DNA from: an uncultured Planctomycetaceae bacterium
GTDB lineage: Bacteria; Planctomycetota; Planctomycetia; Planctomycetales; Planctomycetaceae
Assembly: GCA_963815195.1 (NCBI GenBank)
Contig: CAWFGE010000001.1
Location: 20,718 to 84,717, forward strand
Length of the DNA: 64,000 nt
Direction: 5' to 3'
Positions 54,553 to 64,000 of this stretch are shown one piece after another. Numbering within the stretch: position 1 is the stretch's first letter; every line of letters starts with the position of its first letter. A model generated the notes under the pieces. That model had not been told where the DNA came from and did not search any database. It was given only the letters and a program-made list of their open reading frames with translations. The translations under genes were made by a program, and so were the position numbers.

Positions 54553-54747
54553 TCAGTTCGACTCCGTTTCATCGTTCGCGTCTTCCCAGACGATTTGGTT
54601 GTCCTTCCACACGACGATCTTATGGCCGGAGCGGGCGTGTCCCTTGATGGCATCGCGAGCCGCTCGTTTCAGAACTGCCGTCAGTGCGGCCGTGTCCTTG
54701 AACCGCCGGTTGGTTTCCGCGTGCTTCTGCTCGTTATTCGGAATCAT
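54553..54747 (-). CDS. Small hypothetical protein
   Basis: GGAG RBS; RAARDAIKGHARSGHKIVVWKDNQIVW. Confidence 0.55.
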   Translation of the reverse strand: MIPNNEQKHAETNRRFKDTAALTAVLKRAARDAIKGHARSGHKIVVWKDNQIVWEDANDETESN

Positions 54748-54797
54748 CCATATGTCTCCAGCGATCACGAACGTGTCACACCTCGATCGAATGTTGA

Positions 54798-55090
54798 TGC
54801 GAAATCCGAAGCACGAAATCCGAAACAAATTCAAAATCCCAAATTCAAATGTCCCAAACCCTACACGCCCTTCGTTAACCCGGATTATTCACGGTCTCTC
54901 AGCGCGGAACGCGCTAGCGTCCGGTTTCCGCGACGACCAACCAAAATCCAATGAACCGGGGCTAGCCCCCTGCGGCTAACGAATAATCCGGGTGAACTTA
55001 AAAAAGTTGTCTTTCTTAAAGGTTGGGAATTTGAGGATTCGGTCATTGGAATTTGTTTCAGATTTCGAGATTCGAATTTCGGATTTGAAA
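54798..55090. repeat. Nested inverted repeats: heptamer-periodic outer arms around a family-C REP doublet
   Basis: AAATCCGAAGCACGAAATCCGAAACAAATTC / GAATTTGTTTCAGATTTCGAGATTCGAATTTCGGATTT; inner CCCGGATTATTC / GAATAATCCGGG. Confidence 0.7.
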
Positions 55091-55159
55091 TCTCAGGCGT
55101 TCATCTAAACTCGCACGAAGTCAGTGTTTTCGCAACAAGATGAGCGTCTCTCAAAAATG

Positions 55160-55221
55160 CACTGGCAGCAAACGGCCAGTGGCACACCTCATACACTGGC
55201 AGCAAGCTGCCAGTGGCACCC
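55160..55221. repeat. Tandem pair of CACTGGC..GCCAGTGGCAC REP-like hairpins
   Basis: Two direct copies, each with a CACTGGC/GCCAGTG stem. Confidence 0.65.
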
Positions 55222-55253
55222 AATATCGAAAAACACTTGATATTCACTTGATA

Positions 55254-55592
<339 letters not shown>

Positions 55593-55738
55593 TCAATGGC
55601 TCCTCAAGTGGTGTGGCGGAACAAAAGGAGAATCGTCGGCCCGAATCAGGCCGTAGTTCCTTCTCCTCGATTGTATCGAATCTTCAAATCATCTCTGAAT
55701 GCCGGTTCCGGAAAATCTCCAAAATCGCCGGCGGGATT

Positions 55739-57199
55739 TTACAGGAAAATGTACCCTTCCTCGCCGTGCTGGCTGAGATCCAAACCTTGAATTTCCTCGT
55801 CCTGAGTGACCCGCAGCCCCACGGCGGCGTCCAGAACTTTCAAAATGATAAACGTCCCCACCAAGGCAATGCCCCCCGCGGCGAGGATGCTGATGATCTG
55901 CGGGAGCATCTGCCGGGCGTTGCCTTCCAACAGTCCGATGGGGGTCTGCGAACCGGTGACGGCCTGCGTGGCAAACACGCCGGTGAGCAATGCACCAATC
56001 GTGCCGCCCACGCCGTGAACGCCGAAAGCGTCCAGAGAATCATCATACCCAAACTTCGATTTGAGCGTGGTGCAGGCCCAGAAACAGCCGAGGCCCGCGA
56101 TCAATCCCAGGAGGATCCCCGAAAGAGGCGTGACGGTCCCGGACGCCGGGGTAATGCACACCAATCCGGCGACGGCTCCCGAACAGGCTCCCAGGATGCT
56201 CGGCTTGCCGCGGGTGAACCACTCGGCTCCCGCCCAGGCCAACACGCCCGCCGACGCCGCCAGGTGCGTCGCCACAAAGGCGTTGACGGCCAGGGGATCG
56301 CATTTCAAAGCACTCCCGGCGTTGAACCCAAACCAGCCCACCCAGAGCATCGCCGCCCCGATGCAGGTGTAGGTCAAGTTGTGCGGGGGCATCGGTTCTT
56401 GACCAAATCCGAGTCGTTTGCCCAAAATCAAGGCACACAACAGCGCGGAAGCCCCGGAACTGAGATGCACGACCGTCCCGCCGGCAAAGTCGAACGCGGC
56501 GAGATCCCCTTCAAACAGCCAGCCGTGCGTGGACCACACCCAGTGGGCGATGGGACAATACACGAAAGTCCCCCACAACACGGAGAACAGCACCATCGCT
56601 TTGAATTTCATCCGCTCCGCAAACGCCCCGCAAATCAGGGCGGGCGTGATGATGAAGAACATCATTTGAAACACCATATGCAAGGCCCGGGGAATGGAGC
56701 CTTCCATTGGCACAATCGCAGACTTCGCGTCGGCGTCGAAGGTTGGCAGGACATCTCGCATGAATAGGAATTTCCCATCCCCGACAAAACCGCCCAACAT
56801 GTGATCGCCGAACGCCAAACTATATCCCCACAAGGCCCACACGACCGACATCAAACCCATGAGAAAGATGCACTGCATCATCACGCCCAAAATATTTTTC
56901 TTGCGGACCAGGCCGCCGTAGAACAGCGCCAGTCCAGGTGCCGTCATCATAAGCACAAGTGCTGAAGAAATAAGCATCCAGGCCGAGTCCGCGGCGTCGA
57001 ACCCCTCGGCGGTAATGGAGGCTCCGGCAGGAGGCTCTTCGCGGACATCTTCGATTTCGGAACTTTTGTCGGGCGTATTGGCCGAGACTTTGGATTGGCT
57101 TTGGTCGGTGTTCGGAGGATCGTCAGCGGCAATGACGGAACTCGCCATTGCACCAAGACTTAGGGGAATCAGAAATGCAACGAGCCACAGGTGTTTCAT
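55739..57199 (-). CDS. amtB: Ammonium transporter
   Basis: PGLALFYGG, FQMMF, DFAGGTVVH, WFGFNAGS and DDSLDAFGVHG motifs; N-terminal signal-like segment. Confidence 0.96.
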   Translation of the reverse strand: MKHLWLVAFLIPLSLGAMASSVIAADDPPNTDQSQSKVSANTPDKSSEIEDVREEPPAGASITAEGFDAADSAWMLISSALVLMMTAPGLALFYGGLVRKKNILGVMMQCIFLMGLMSVVWALWGYSLAFGDHMLGGFVGDGKFLFMRDVLPTFDADAKSAIVPMEGSIPRALHMVFQMMFFIITPALICGAFAERMKFKAMVLFSVLWGTFVYCPIAHWVWSTHGWLFEGDLAAFDFAGGTVVHLSSGASALLCALILGKRLGFGQEPMPPHNLTYTCIGAAMLWVGWFGFNAGSALKCDPLAVNAFVATHLAASAGVLAWAGAEWFTRGKPSILGACSGAVAGLVCITPASGTVTPLSGILLGLIAGLGCFWACTTLKSKFGYDDSLDAFGVHGVGGTIGALLTGVFATQAVTGSQTPIGLLEGNARQMLPQIISILAAGGIALVGTFIILKVLDAAVGLRVTQDEEIQGLDLSQHGEEGYIFL

Positions 57200-57364
57200 C
57201 AGCTTCTCCTTGAGCGCAGGAGGGTGGAAGCTCGCCGGCGAAACCCGCAGAACCATTCGACCCCGGCGGAAATGCCGAATGGCGAAATCAACCTCCTGAA
57301 AACACGATTTGCGGGAGTTGGGGCATTGACAACACCGGCCCCAACCTGCAACAACATTAAGCAT

Positions 57365-57381
57365 CGCAATCGCCGTGCCGC
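57365..57381 (-). promoter_or_regulatory. sigma54 (-24/-12) promoter motif upstream of amtB
   Basis: Minus strand CGGCACGGCGATTGCG = GG-N10-GC, about 165 nt upstream of the ATG. Confidence 0.65.
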
Positions 57382-57413
57382 ACGATGATCCGCGCTCCTC
57401 CTCAACTCCACAA

Positions 57414-58424
57414 ATGATTTTCCAAGCGAAATGGGCGGTCCCCGCCGTGTCTGATAAATTCGAGATCGCAATTTGGGCGGCGGCGGCATTCTTGATTGGA
57501 GGGATCGCAGGGACCCAAAGCCAGCGGTGGGCCCTCCGCTTGACGCCCCTCGATGAATCGGCCGCCGCCAAGCTGCAATTTTGGAATCGCCCTTGGCCTG
57601 TTGCCGTTCTCAGCGGCTTGCTCACCGGGGCCTTGGCGGTGGCGATGCTCTATTTCCATTGCCAGGCGACGCCCGCGGTCCGCCCGGATCCGTTTTGGCG
57701 GTATGGGCGAGTCATTTATCACAGCCTGCTCTTGTGGTGGCTGATCGCGATGACGATCACCGATCTCCGCGATTACGTGATTCCCGATGAGATCACCCTA
57801 TCGGGAGCGGTGATCGGCGTGTTCGGGGCGGCCGCTTCGGGCGATCTCCAAATGATGCATATTTGGATCGACTGGAACGCCGAGGTCCCGGGGCTTTATG
57901 GACCCGACATGCCCGCCTGGATCGCCGACCATCATCACCTCCACGGCCTGGCGTGGAGTTTGGCGGGGCTCGCGGCAGGGGCGGGATTGACTTGGATCGT
58001 CCGCTGGATGTCCGCCGCGATTTTGGGCCGGCAGGCGTTGGGGTTTGGCGATGTGACCTTGATGGCGATGATCGGCAGCTTTCTCGGCTGGCAACCCACC
58101 GTCTGCGTGTTTCTGCTCGCCCCGTTGTGCGGAATGCTTTTGGCCGTTGCGACCTGGATCTTTACGGGACGGAACTTCGTGCCCTATGGCCCCTATCTGG
58201 GTGCCGCGACGCTGGTGGTGCTTTTCACCTGGCGATGGATTTGGGAACCGCTGAAATGGACCTTCGGCGATTGGCGGAGCGTCGCCATCTTAGCCGGCGC
58301 AGGCTTGGGGGCGTTGGTGCTCCTCTTAACGATTTTGCGGTTCTATTGGAGCATTCCCGTCGAGAAGAGCGAGCGAAACTCCCAACCGCGGGAAAAAGAC
58401 GAATCGGATCCCAAAGCCCCGTGA
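57414..58424 (+). CDS. A24-family prepilin peptidase-like protein
   Basis: ITDLRDYVIPD, LGFGDVTLMAMIG and VPYGPYL motifs; start uncertain. Confidence 0.82.
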   Translation: MIFQAKWAVPAVSDKFEIAIWAAAAFLIGGIAGTQSQRWALRLTPLDESAAAKLQFWNRPWPVAVLSGLLTGALAVAMLYFHCQATPAVRPDPFWRYGRVIYHSLLLWWLIAMTITDLRDYVIPDEITLSGAVIGVFGAAASGDLQMMHIWIDWNAEVPGLYGPDMPAWIADHHHLHGLAWSLAGLAAGAGLTWIVRWMSAAILGRQALGFGDVTLMAMIGSFLGWQPTVCVFLLAPLCGMLLAVATWIFTGRNFVPYGPYLGAATLVVLFTWRWIWEPLKWTFGDWRSVAILAGAGLGALVLLLTILRFYWSIPVEKSERNSQPREKDESDPKAP

Positions 58425-59463
58425 TCAACGTGAAATGATGAATCGGAACCGATCCTTGTGAATGAAGAATTGGCGCGCGGAACGCGTCAACTCGTCTCTC
58501 TAGGTGTCCTGCGAGAGTAATCAATCCGAACGGGAATCATATTGTGCTAACTGCTTCCGCAAACAATTCTCGACAGTCGCTTTCGCTAGGCCTGTCACGT
58601 AAGTCCCATGCAGATGATTTAACGATTTTGACGAGGCGAGAACGATCAAAGAGAAGTCCTCCTTCGCGACAGACACTTCGAATCTCGACGGCGTTGAGCA
58701 TGCATGTCGGTGTCGCAATTGCTCGAATGAACTTGGCATCCGGCAATACCAAATAATTCTCCAATCGACGAGGTTTTATGTCGCCGCATTTTCCAACCTG
58801 GGAGAGGCTATTTTCCGTTGTGGCACATTGCGTCAAGACATACAGTCGCCCGCCTCTAGTATCAGGCATTTGCTTCCAAATAACAACATCCACGCCCAGG
58901 TCTTTTTCTCGTTGGTAAGAAGGATCCTCGGGATAGGTGTCACGTGGAGACCACTTCCAATCGAGTGTGTCGCCGACGGCTTCATAAAGCCCGTCATAGA
59001 CCTGCTTTGCACGCTTGAAGTGTTTGTTCGCGTAAATATCCCAAGGGTGACCAGTCCGAAACCCACCTGTATCCTCACCAAAAAATGCTTCTAATGCATC
59101 GCGAACAAAGATTTCAAAGCACGCTCTAAGGCGTCGCGACATTTTCGTTCTGAATTGCCCGGCCAATGCCGTAACTAGGCAGAATCCGTAGGCCCAATGC
59201 ACTGGATCATCGGAAAATGTCAGTTTGCCCCCGTCCAAAGTAAATGGATATGCCTCTTGAAGGTCATCGCGCCGTTTCTCAGCCTGCTCGAAAGCACCGC
59301 CAACAAGGTCATCGGCAGCAAGGTCACGTGCCTCAATCAATTCGTCAGCGAATTCGCTCATTTCATCATCTAGCTCACCGGAGCAACGCTCATCGTTGAT
59401 CGCGTCCTCGACTGAACCAACTCCGTTCCTCCACGCGTTCAATTCAGCTTGGTCAAGGCCGAG

Positions 59464-60837
59464 TGTGGTGGACCCCGAAAACTGGACAGCCCAATAAGGT
59501 AGAATTTGCGATGTTCATTTGTCGCATTGGGAGGTTCCGATTATGACCAGGAAGCGTCGAGTTTTGGGGTCCGCGTTCAAAGCCAAGGTGGCGTTGGCGG
59601 CGGTCAAAGGGGATAGGACGACGGCTCAGTTGGCGTCGGAATTTGGCGTCCACACGAGCCAAGTCACGGCTTGGAAAAAGCAGTTGTTGTCGGGAGCCAC
59701 TGAGTTGTTCACGGATGGCCGACGTAAGCGATCCGACGATCAATCGGCCAATGAGCAAGAACTCTATGAACAAATCGGCCGGCTGAAAATGGAAGTCGAG
59801 TGGCTCAAAAAAAAGTCGCTGACGCTGGATTAAGCCACGAGGTTTTGCGGGCATGGATCGAACCGAAGCATTCCACGTTGAGCGTGTCGCGTCAGTGCGA
59901 TCTGTTGGGATTGGCGCGGAGCAGTTGGTACTACGAACCTGGCGGCGAGACCGCGGAAAATTTGGAACTGATGCGGCGAATCGACGAGGAATACACGCGG
60001 CATCCGTTTTATGGTTCTCGCAAGATGGCCGAGTTGTTCGGCGTGAATCGCAAGCGAGTGCAGCGGCTGATGCGGCAGATGGGAATCGAAGCGGTTGGAC
60101 CGAAACGCCGCACGACCAAACCGGGGCGCGGACACAAGATTTACCCTTATTTACTGCGGAATGTGGAGGTTCTCCGGCCCAACCAGGTGTGGTCGAGCGA
60201 CATCACTTACATCCCGCTTCGCCACGGGTTTTTGTATCTCGTGGCAGTGATGGACTGGTTCAGTCGCTACGTGTTGAGTTGGCGATTGTCGAACACGTTG
60301 GAGGGGAGTTTTTGCTTGGAGGCGTTGGACGAAGCCTTGTCGATCTCGCGGCCGGAGGTCTTCAACAGCGACCAGGGCAGCCAATTCACGGCGATCAAGT
60401 TCACCGAGCGATTGGAACGATTGAATGTCGCGATCAGTATGGATGGAAAAGGACGGTGCTTGGACAACGTATTCATCGAGCGGCTGTGGCGGAGCGTGAA
60501 ATACGAAGAGGTTTACTTGAAGGATTACACGGATGGTTGGGAGGCCGAGAGAAGCCTGCAGAGTTACTTTGAGTTCTATTGTGAGGAACGGATTCATCAG
60601 TCGCTGGGTTATCAAACGCCGGCGATGATCTACGAAGGAAAAGATTGAAGCCTGCACAAAGTGATGGACGAAAAATGAAAACAAGTTTCGCGCAAAACCG
60701 GGAGGGAACTGGTGAGGTCTCGTCCCGGGCCCCTTGTCATCGGCGGCAGACGACGAGGCCTATGAGGGGCCTCGTCTGCCGCTGACTCACACCACTAAAC
60801 AACCCCGTTTGCTGTCCAAAGAATGGGGTCCACCTCA
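59464..60837 (+). mobile_element. IS3-family insertion sequence, apparently complete
   Basis: TG..CA ends; IRs TGTGGTGGACCCC / GGGGTCCACCTCA; 3-bp GAG target duplication; orfA/orfB with an A8G slippery site. Confidence 0.93.
59543..60648 (+). CDS. IS3 transposase OrfA (59543-59833) / OrfB joined by a programmed -1 frameshift at 59807-59815
   Basis: HTH segment FKAKVALAA; DDE core WSSDITY, NSDQGSQF, DNVFIERLWRSVKYE. Confidence 0.93.
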
Positions 60838-60896
60838 GAGGCCGTTTTTCGCATCGACGGGAAGGGCAGTCCATTCATCAATCGTATTGGTCATGA

Positions 60897-61993
60897 TTAC
60901 TCTTGTTCATCGTCTTCGTGTGCAAGTCGGCGCAAACCGCCATCGACAGTTTTCGCATACCGCAACACTCGTCGGCTTATCGGCCTTAATTCTTCAGCGT
61001 CGCCTTCCTCAATATCTCCTGCACTTAGCGGGGCCAGAACACTCTTTTAGTCCTTGCTCTGCCTCTGTAAGGCCGTCTTCCAGCTCGCTCGCGGCGACTT
61101 CGTTTCAGCCGTCATTGCTTCAACAGTGAAACCACGTCTGAGGAGTCGAGGACCATCTGGTGATGTGATAGCACTTGCCAAATCCGCAAGCTCGCGACTT
61201 TCCTCGATCGCGGGTGTGTGTGTGCCTTGTCCGAACATTGCTCGAAAAAGGAGTTCGCCCCGATCCAGATTCTGCTTTTTCACGGGATTGGGAGTAGGAT
61301 CGTCTGGCAATTCCAGCCAAGTTCTGATTCTTGTCGCCAAGGATCGTGTACACCCAGGAAAATGGATACTGAATGCAGCTTCCCCGACCTTTCTTGTGAC
61401 TCGCGGCGGGGTCAAATCTACCCTCTTTCTCAAGTTGAGTTGCGACGTAATACCCTATTAGCAATCGTCTTGCCAGCCGCTGCGTGTCGCCAATCATGGC
61501 AGCGATTTCATCAAGTTCAAGTGAGCTTGACTCGACCATTTCGGCAATCCAGGAGGCCTTGGCATAACTGTCCCATGAACGTGAGCCCTGAATATGGCGC
61601 ACGCCAAGATAAGGCCGAAAGAGTTTTGTGCTGCCGCTGTCATATACGGAAACTGGCAGGGGAGCAATTTGCTTCGCCCCGTGCTCTTTCCAAGTTGCGC
61701 CGTAACGTTCGGTGACCTTTTTAAGAGACTTTGCCCGGGGATCGCCTGTGATAATCAGGCATGACGCAAGCCGACGGTTCCCTTCGACAATCGTAATGGA
61801 GGAATCTGGCTGGCGGACGCCGATGAGTGGCTCCGATCGAAAGAATCCATTGACGGCAATCGAACTCAGCACATCCTTGAGATCGAACTGCCCATGAATG
61901 TACTCAAGAACCAGGGATTCGTCGGTTCCATCGTAACGATGGGCAAATCGTGGATTATTTTCATCCAAATGGAGTTCGGAAAGGTCATAATAA
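60897..61993 (-). pseudogene. ParB/Srx-like N-terminal domain protein, 5' end cut by IS4, several frameshifts
   Basis: LDENNPRF, SIAVNGF..EPL, VEGNRRL and RHIQG..W..YAKA motifs; reads on through shifted frames to the stop at 60897. Confidence 0.7.
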
Positions 61994-63461
61994 CCACCCC
62001 TTTCAACATGTTAGTTTTTTGCTATAAGTCGCTTCTACAGGGATTGTTGTATCAAACCTTATGGAGGCGGCAAGGATGTGGCCCGACGCTGTGCTTGATC
62101 GTTTTGTGGAAGAATGTCCAGCGGCAGTGATGGTTCGAGCAACGCTCGAGAATCTTGTGTCGTCGGATCGACTGGATGAGATTTTCGCCGACGCTTCGCA
62201 GAGACAATACGAGAAAGAATTGCTGTTTTCGCAAGTGGTGGCCCTGATGATGGGCGTGGCGACGCGGACGCACACGTCGGTCCATGCCGGGTACTTGGCC
62301 GCCAAGGATCGACTGGCGGTTTCGCCGGCCGCACTTTATGGCAAGTTGAACCGTCTGGAACCCGGCCTTTCGGCGACGATGATCCGGGAAACGAGCCAGG
62401 ACGCGGCTCAAGTCATCGATGCCATGCCGGGAGCATGCCGCGAACTTTTGCCGGGCTATCACGTGCAGTATTTGGACGGGAATCATTTGGCGGCGACTGA
62501 GCATCGGCTGGCGGAATTGCGCGTCACGCGGGAAGGCCCTTTGCCGGGCCAGACCTTGGCGCTTCTGGACGCGCAGCGGGATCTGATTTCGGAACTGCTC
62601 CCGTGTGAAGACGGGCATGCTCAGGAACGTTCGCTTCTGCCGGAGCTTCTGGAATGGATCCGGGCCGAGACGGTGACAATCGCCGACCGGAACTTCTGCA
62701 CGACCAAGTTTCTGTTTGGAATTGTCAAGCAGTCGGCCTACTTTGTCATTCGCCAACACGCTTCGACACTCACCTGGAAACTCGTCGGTCGCCGGAAACG
62801 CATCGGACGCATCGAAACGGGTCTTGTTTTCGAGCAGTCAGCCGAGCTGTCCCAGGGTGAAGAGACGTTGCGAGTCCGGCGGATCACCATCCAATTGGAT
62901 ACGCCCACAGAGAATGGTGACACTGAGATTCACATCCTGACCAACTTGCCTGTCAAAGTCGCCAATGCGAAAAGTGGCTTTTCTGTATCGCAAGCGCTGG
63001 ACGATTGAAGAAGCCTTCCAAACTCTGACCGAGGTGTTGCGCTGCGAAGTGGAGACGCTGGGCTACCCCAAGGCGGCGCTGTTCGCCTTCGCCACGGCGG
63101 TTTTGGCTTATAACACCTATGCCGTGGTGAAAGCGGCGCTGCGATCGGTTCACGGTGAAGAAACGATCGATGAAGAACTGTCGGACTACCACCTGACGCA
63201 GGACGTGACTGCCACGACGGTGGGCATGAACATCGCCGTGGACGCGGAAATCTGGGAGGGCTATCAAATCATGCCACCTCGAAAACTCGCGATCGAGTTG
63301 GTGCGACTCGCGAAACGCATCGACCTGACGCGTTACCCCAAAAAGAAACGCGGGCCGAAAAAACCACAGCCTCGAAAAAAGAGCGGCAAACGGAATCACC
63401 ATATCTCCACCGCGCGAACTCTGGCCAAATCCAGGGGTAAGTGACATGTTGAAAGGGGTGG
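61994..63461 (+). mobile_element. IS4-family insertion sequence, copy 1
   Basis: 18-bp IRs CCACCCCTTTCAACATGT / ACATGTTGAAAGGGGTGG flanking a DDE transposase. Confidence 0.88.
62061..63444 (+). CDS. IS4-family transposase (apparent frameshift near 62970)
   Basis: LDGN, IADRNF, ILTNL and YRKRWTIEEAF (YREK-like) motifs. Confidence 0.88.
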
Positions 63462-63471
63462 GTGCAAACAC

Positions 63472-64000
63472 CCACCCCTTTCAACATGTTAGATTTTTGC
63501 TATAAGTCGCTTCTACAGGGATTGTTGTATCAAACCTTATGGAGGCGGCAAGGATGTGGCCCGACGCTGTGCTTGATCGTTTTGTGGAAGAATGTCCAGC
63601 GGCAGTGATGGTTCGAGCAACGCTCGAGAATCTTGTGTCGCCGGATCGACTGGATGAGATTTTCGCCGACGCTTCGCAGAGACAATACGAGAAAGAATTG
63701 CTGTTTTCGCAAGTGGTGGCCCTGATGATGGGCGTGGCGACGCGGACGCACAAGTCGGTCCATGCCGGGTACTTGGCCGCCAAGGAGCAACTGGCGGTTT
63801 CGCCGGCCGCACTTTATGGCAAGTTGAACCGTCTGGAACCCGGCCTTTCGGCGACGATGATCCGGGAAACGAGCCAGGACGCGGCTCAAGTCATCGATGC
63901 CATGCCGGGAGCATGCCGCGAATTTTTGCCGGGCTATCACGTGCAGTATTTGGACGGGAATCATTTGGCGGCGACTGAGCATCGGCTGGCGGAATTGCGC
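63472..64000 (+). mobile_element. IS4-family insertion sequence, copy 2 (runs off the window end)
   Basis: Near-identical to copy 1 from 61994, with several substitutions. Confidence 0.9.

Larger units (their letters stand above)
58537..60894 (-). pseudogene. PD-(D/E)xK-like nuclease candidate interrupted by IS3 after codon 19
   Basis: 60894-60838 (MTNTIDEWTALPVDAKNGL) joins in frame to 59460-58537 once the IS and one GAG copy are removed; DLGVD..QCAT motif. Confidence 0.7.

Overview
A GC-rich bacterial chromosome segment, very likely from a planctomycete (inferred from gene content, the L17 insertion, the absence of rpmD and the repeat families). 1-14.7 kb is the S10-spc-alpha ribosomal protein cluster (rplC to rplQ with secY, rpmJ and rpoA). 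It lacks rpsN, rpmD, adk/map/infA and rpsD, and many intergenic gaps hold REP-like or heptamer palindromes. 14.7-58.4 kb holds housekeeping and accessory genes: parB, glgC, a T5orf172/DUF4041-like protein, polX, bcp, cysK, coaX, a sulfatase, archease-rtcB, an amtB-glnK-glnB-glnD block with a sigma54-type promoter, a stress-protein cluster between divergent sigma54-type promoters, and a prepilin peptidase. 58.5-64 kb is a lower-GC island. It has a ParB-like gene and a PD-(D/E)xK-like gene, disrupted by an IS3 element and by two tandem IS4-family copies. Many essential genes carry single-base frameshifts, which are most likely sequencing or assembly indels. The most notable locus is 32.7-36.8 kb. 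A 60-aa protein ending in GGE (Pup-like) lies directly upstream of a PafA/Dop-family protein with a transmembrane insertion. That gene is coupled to an exported TPR protein and is divergent from a membrane-anchored C39-like peptidase, with no proteasome genes in the window. This is a candidate membrane-associated pupylation-like system.
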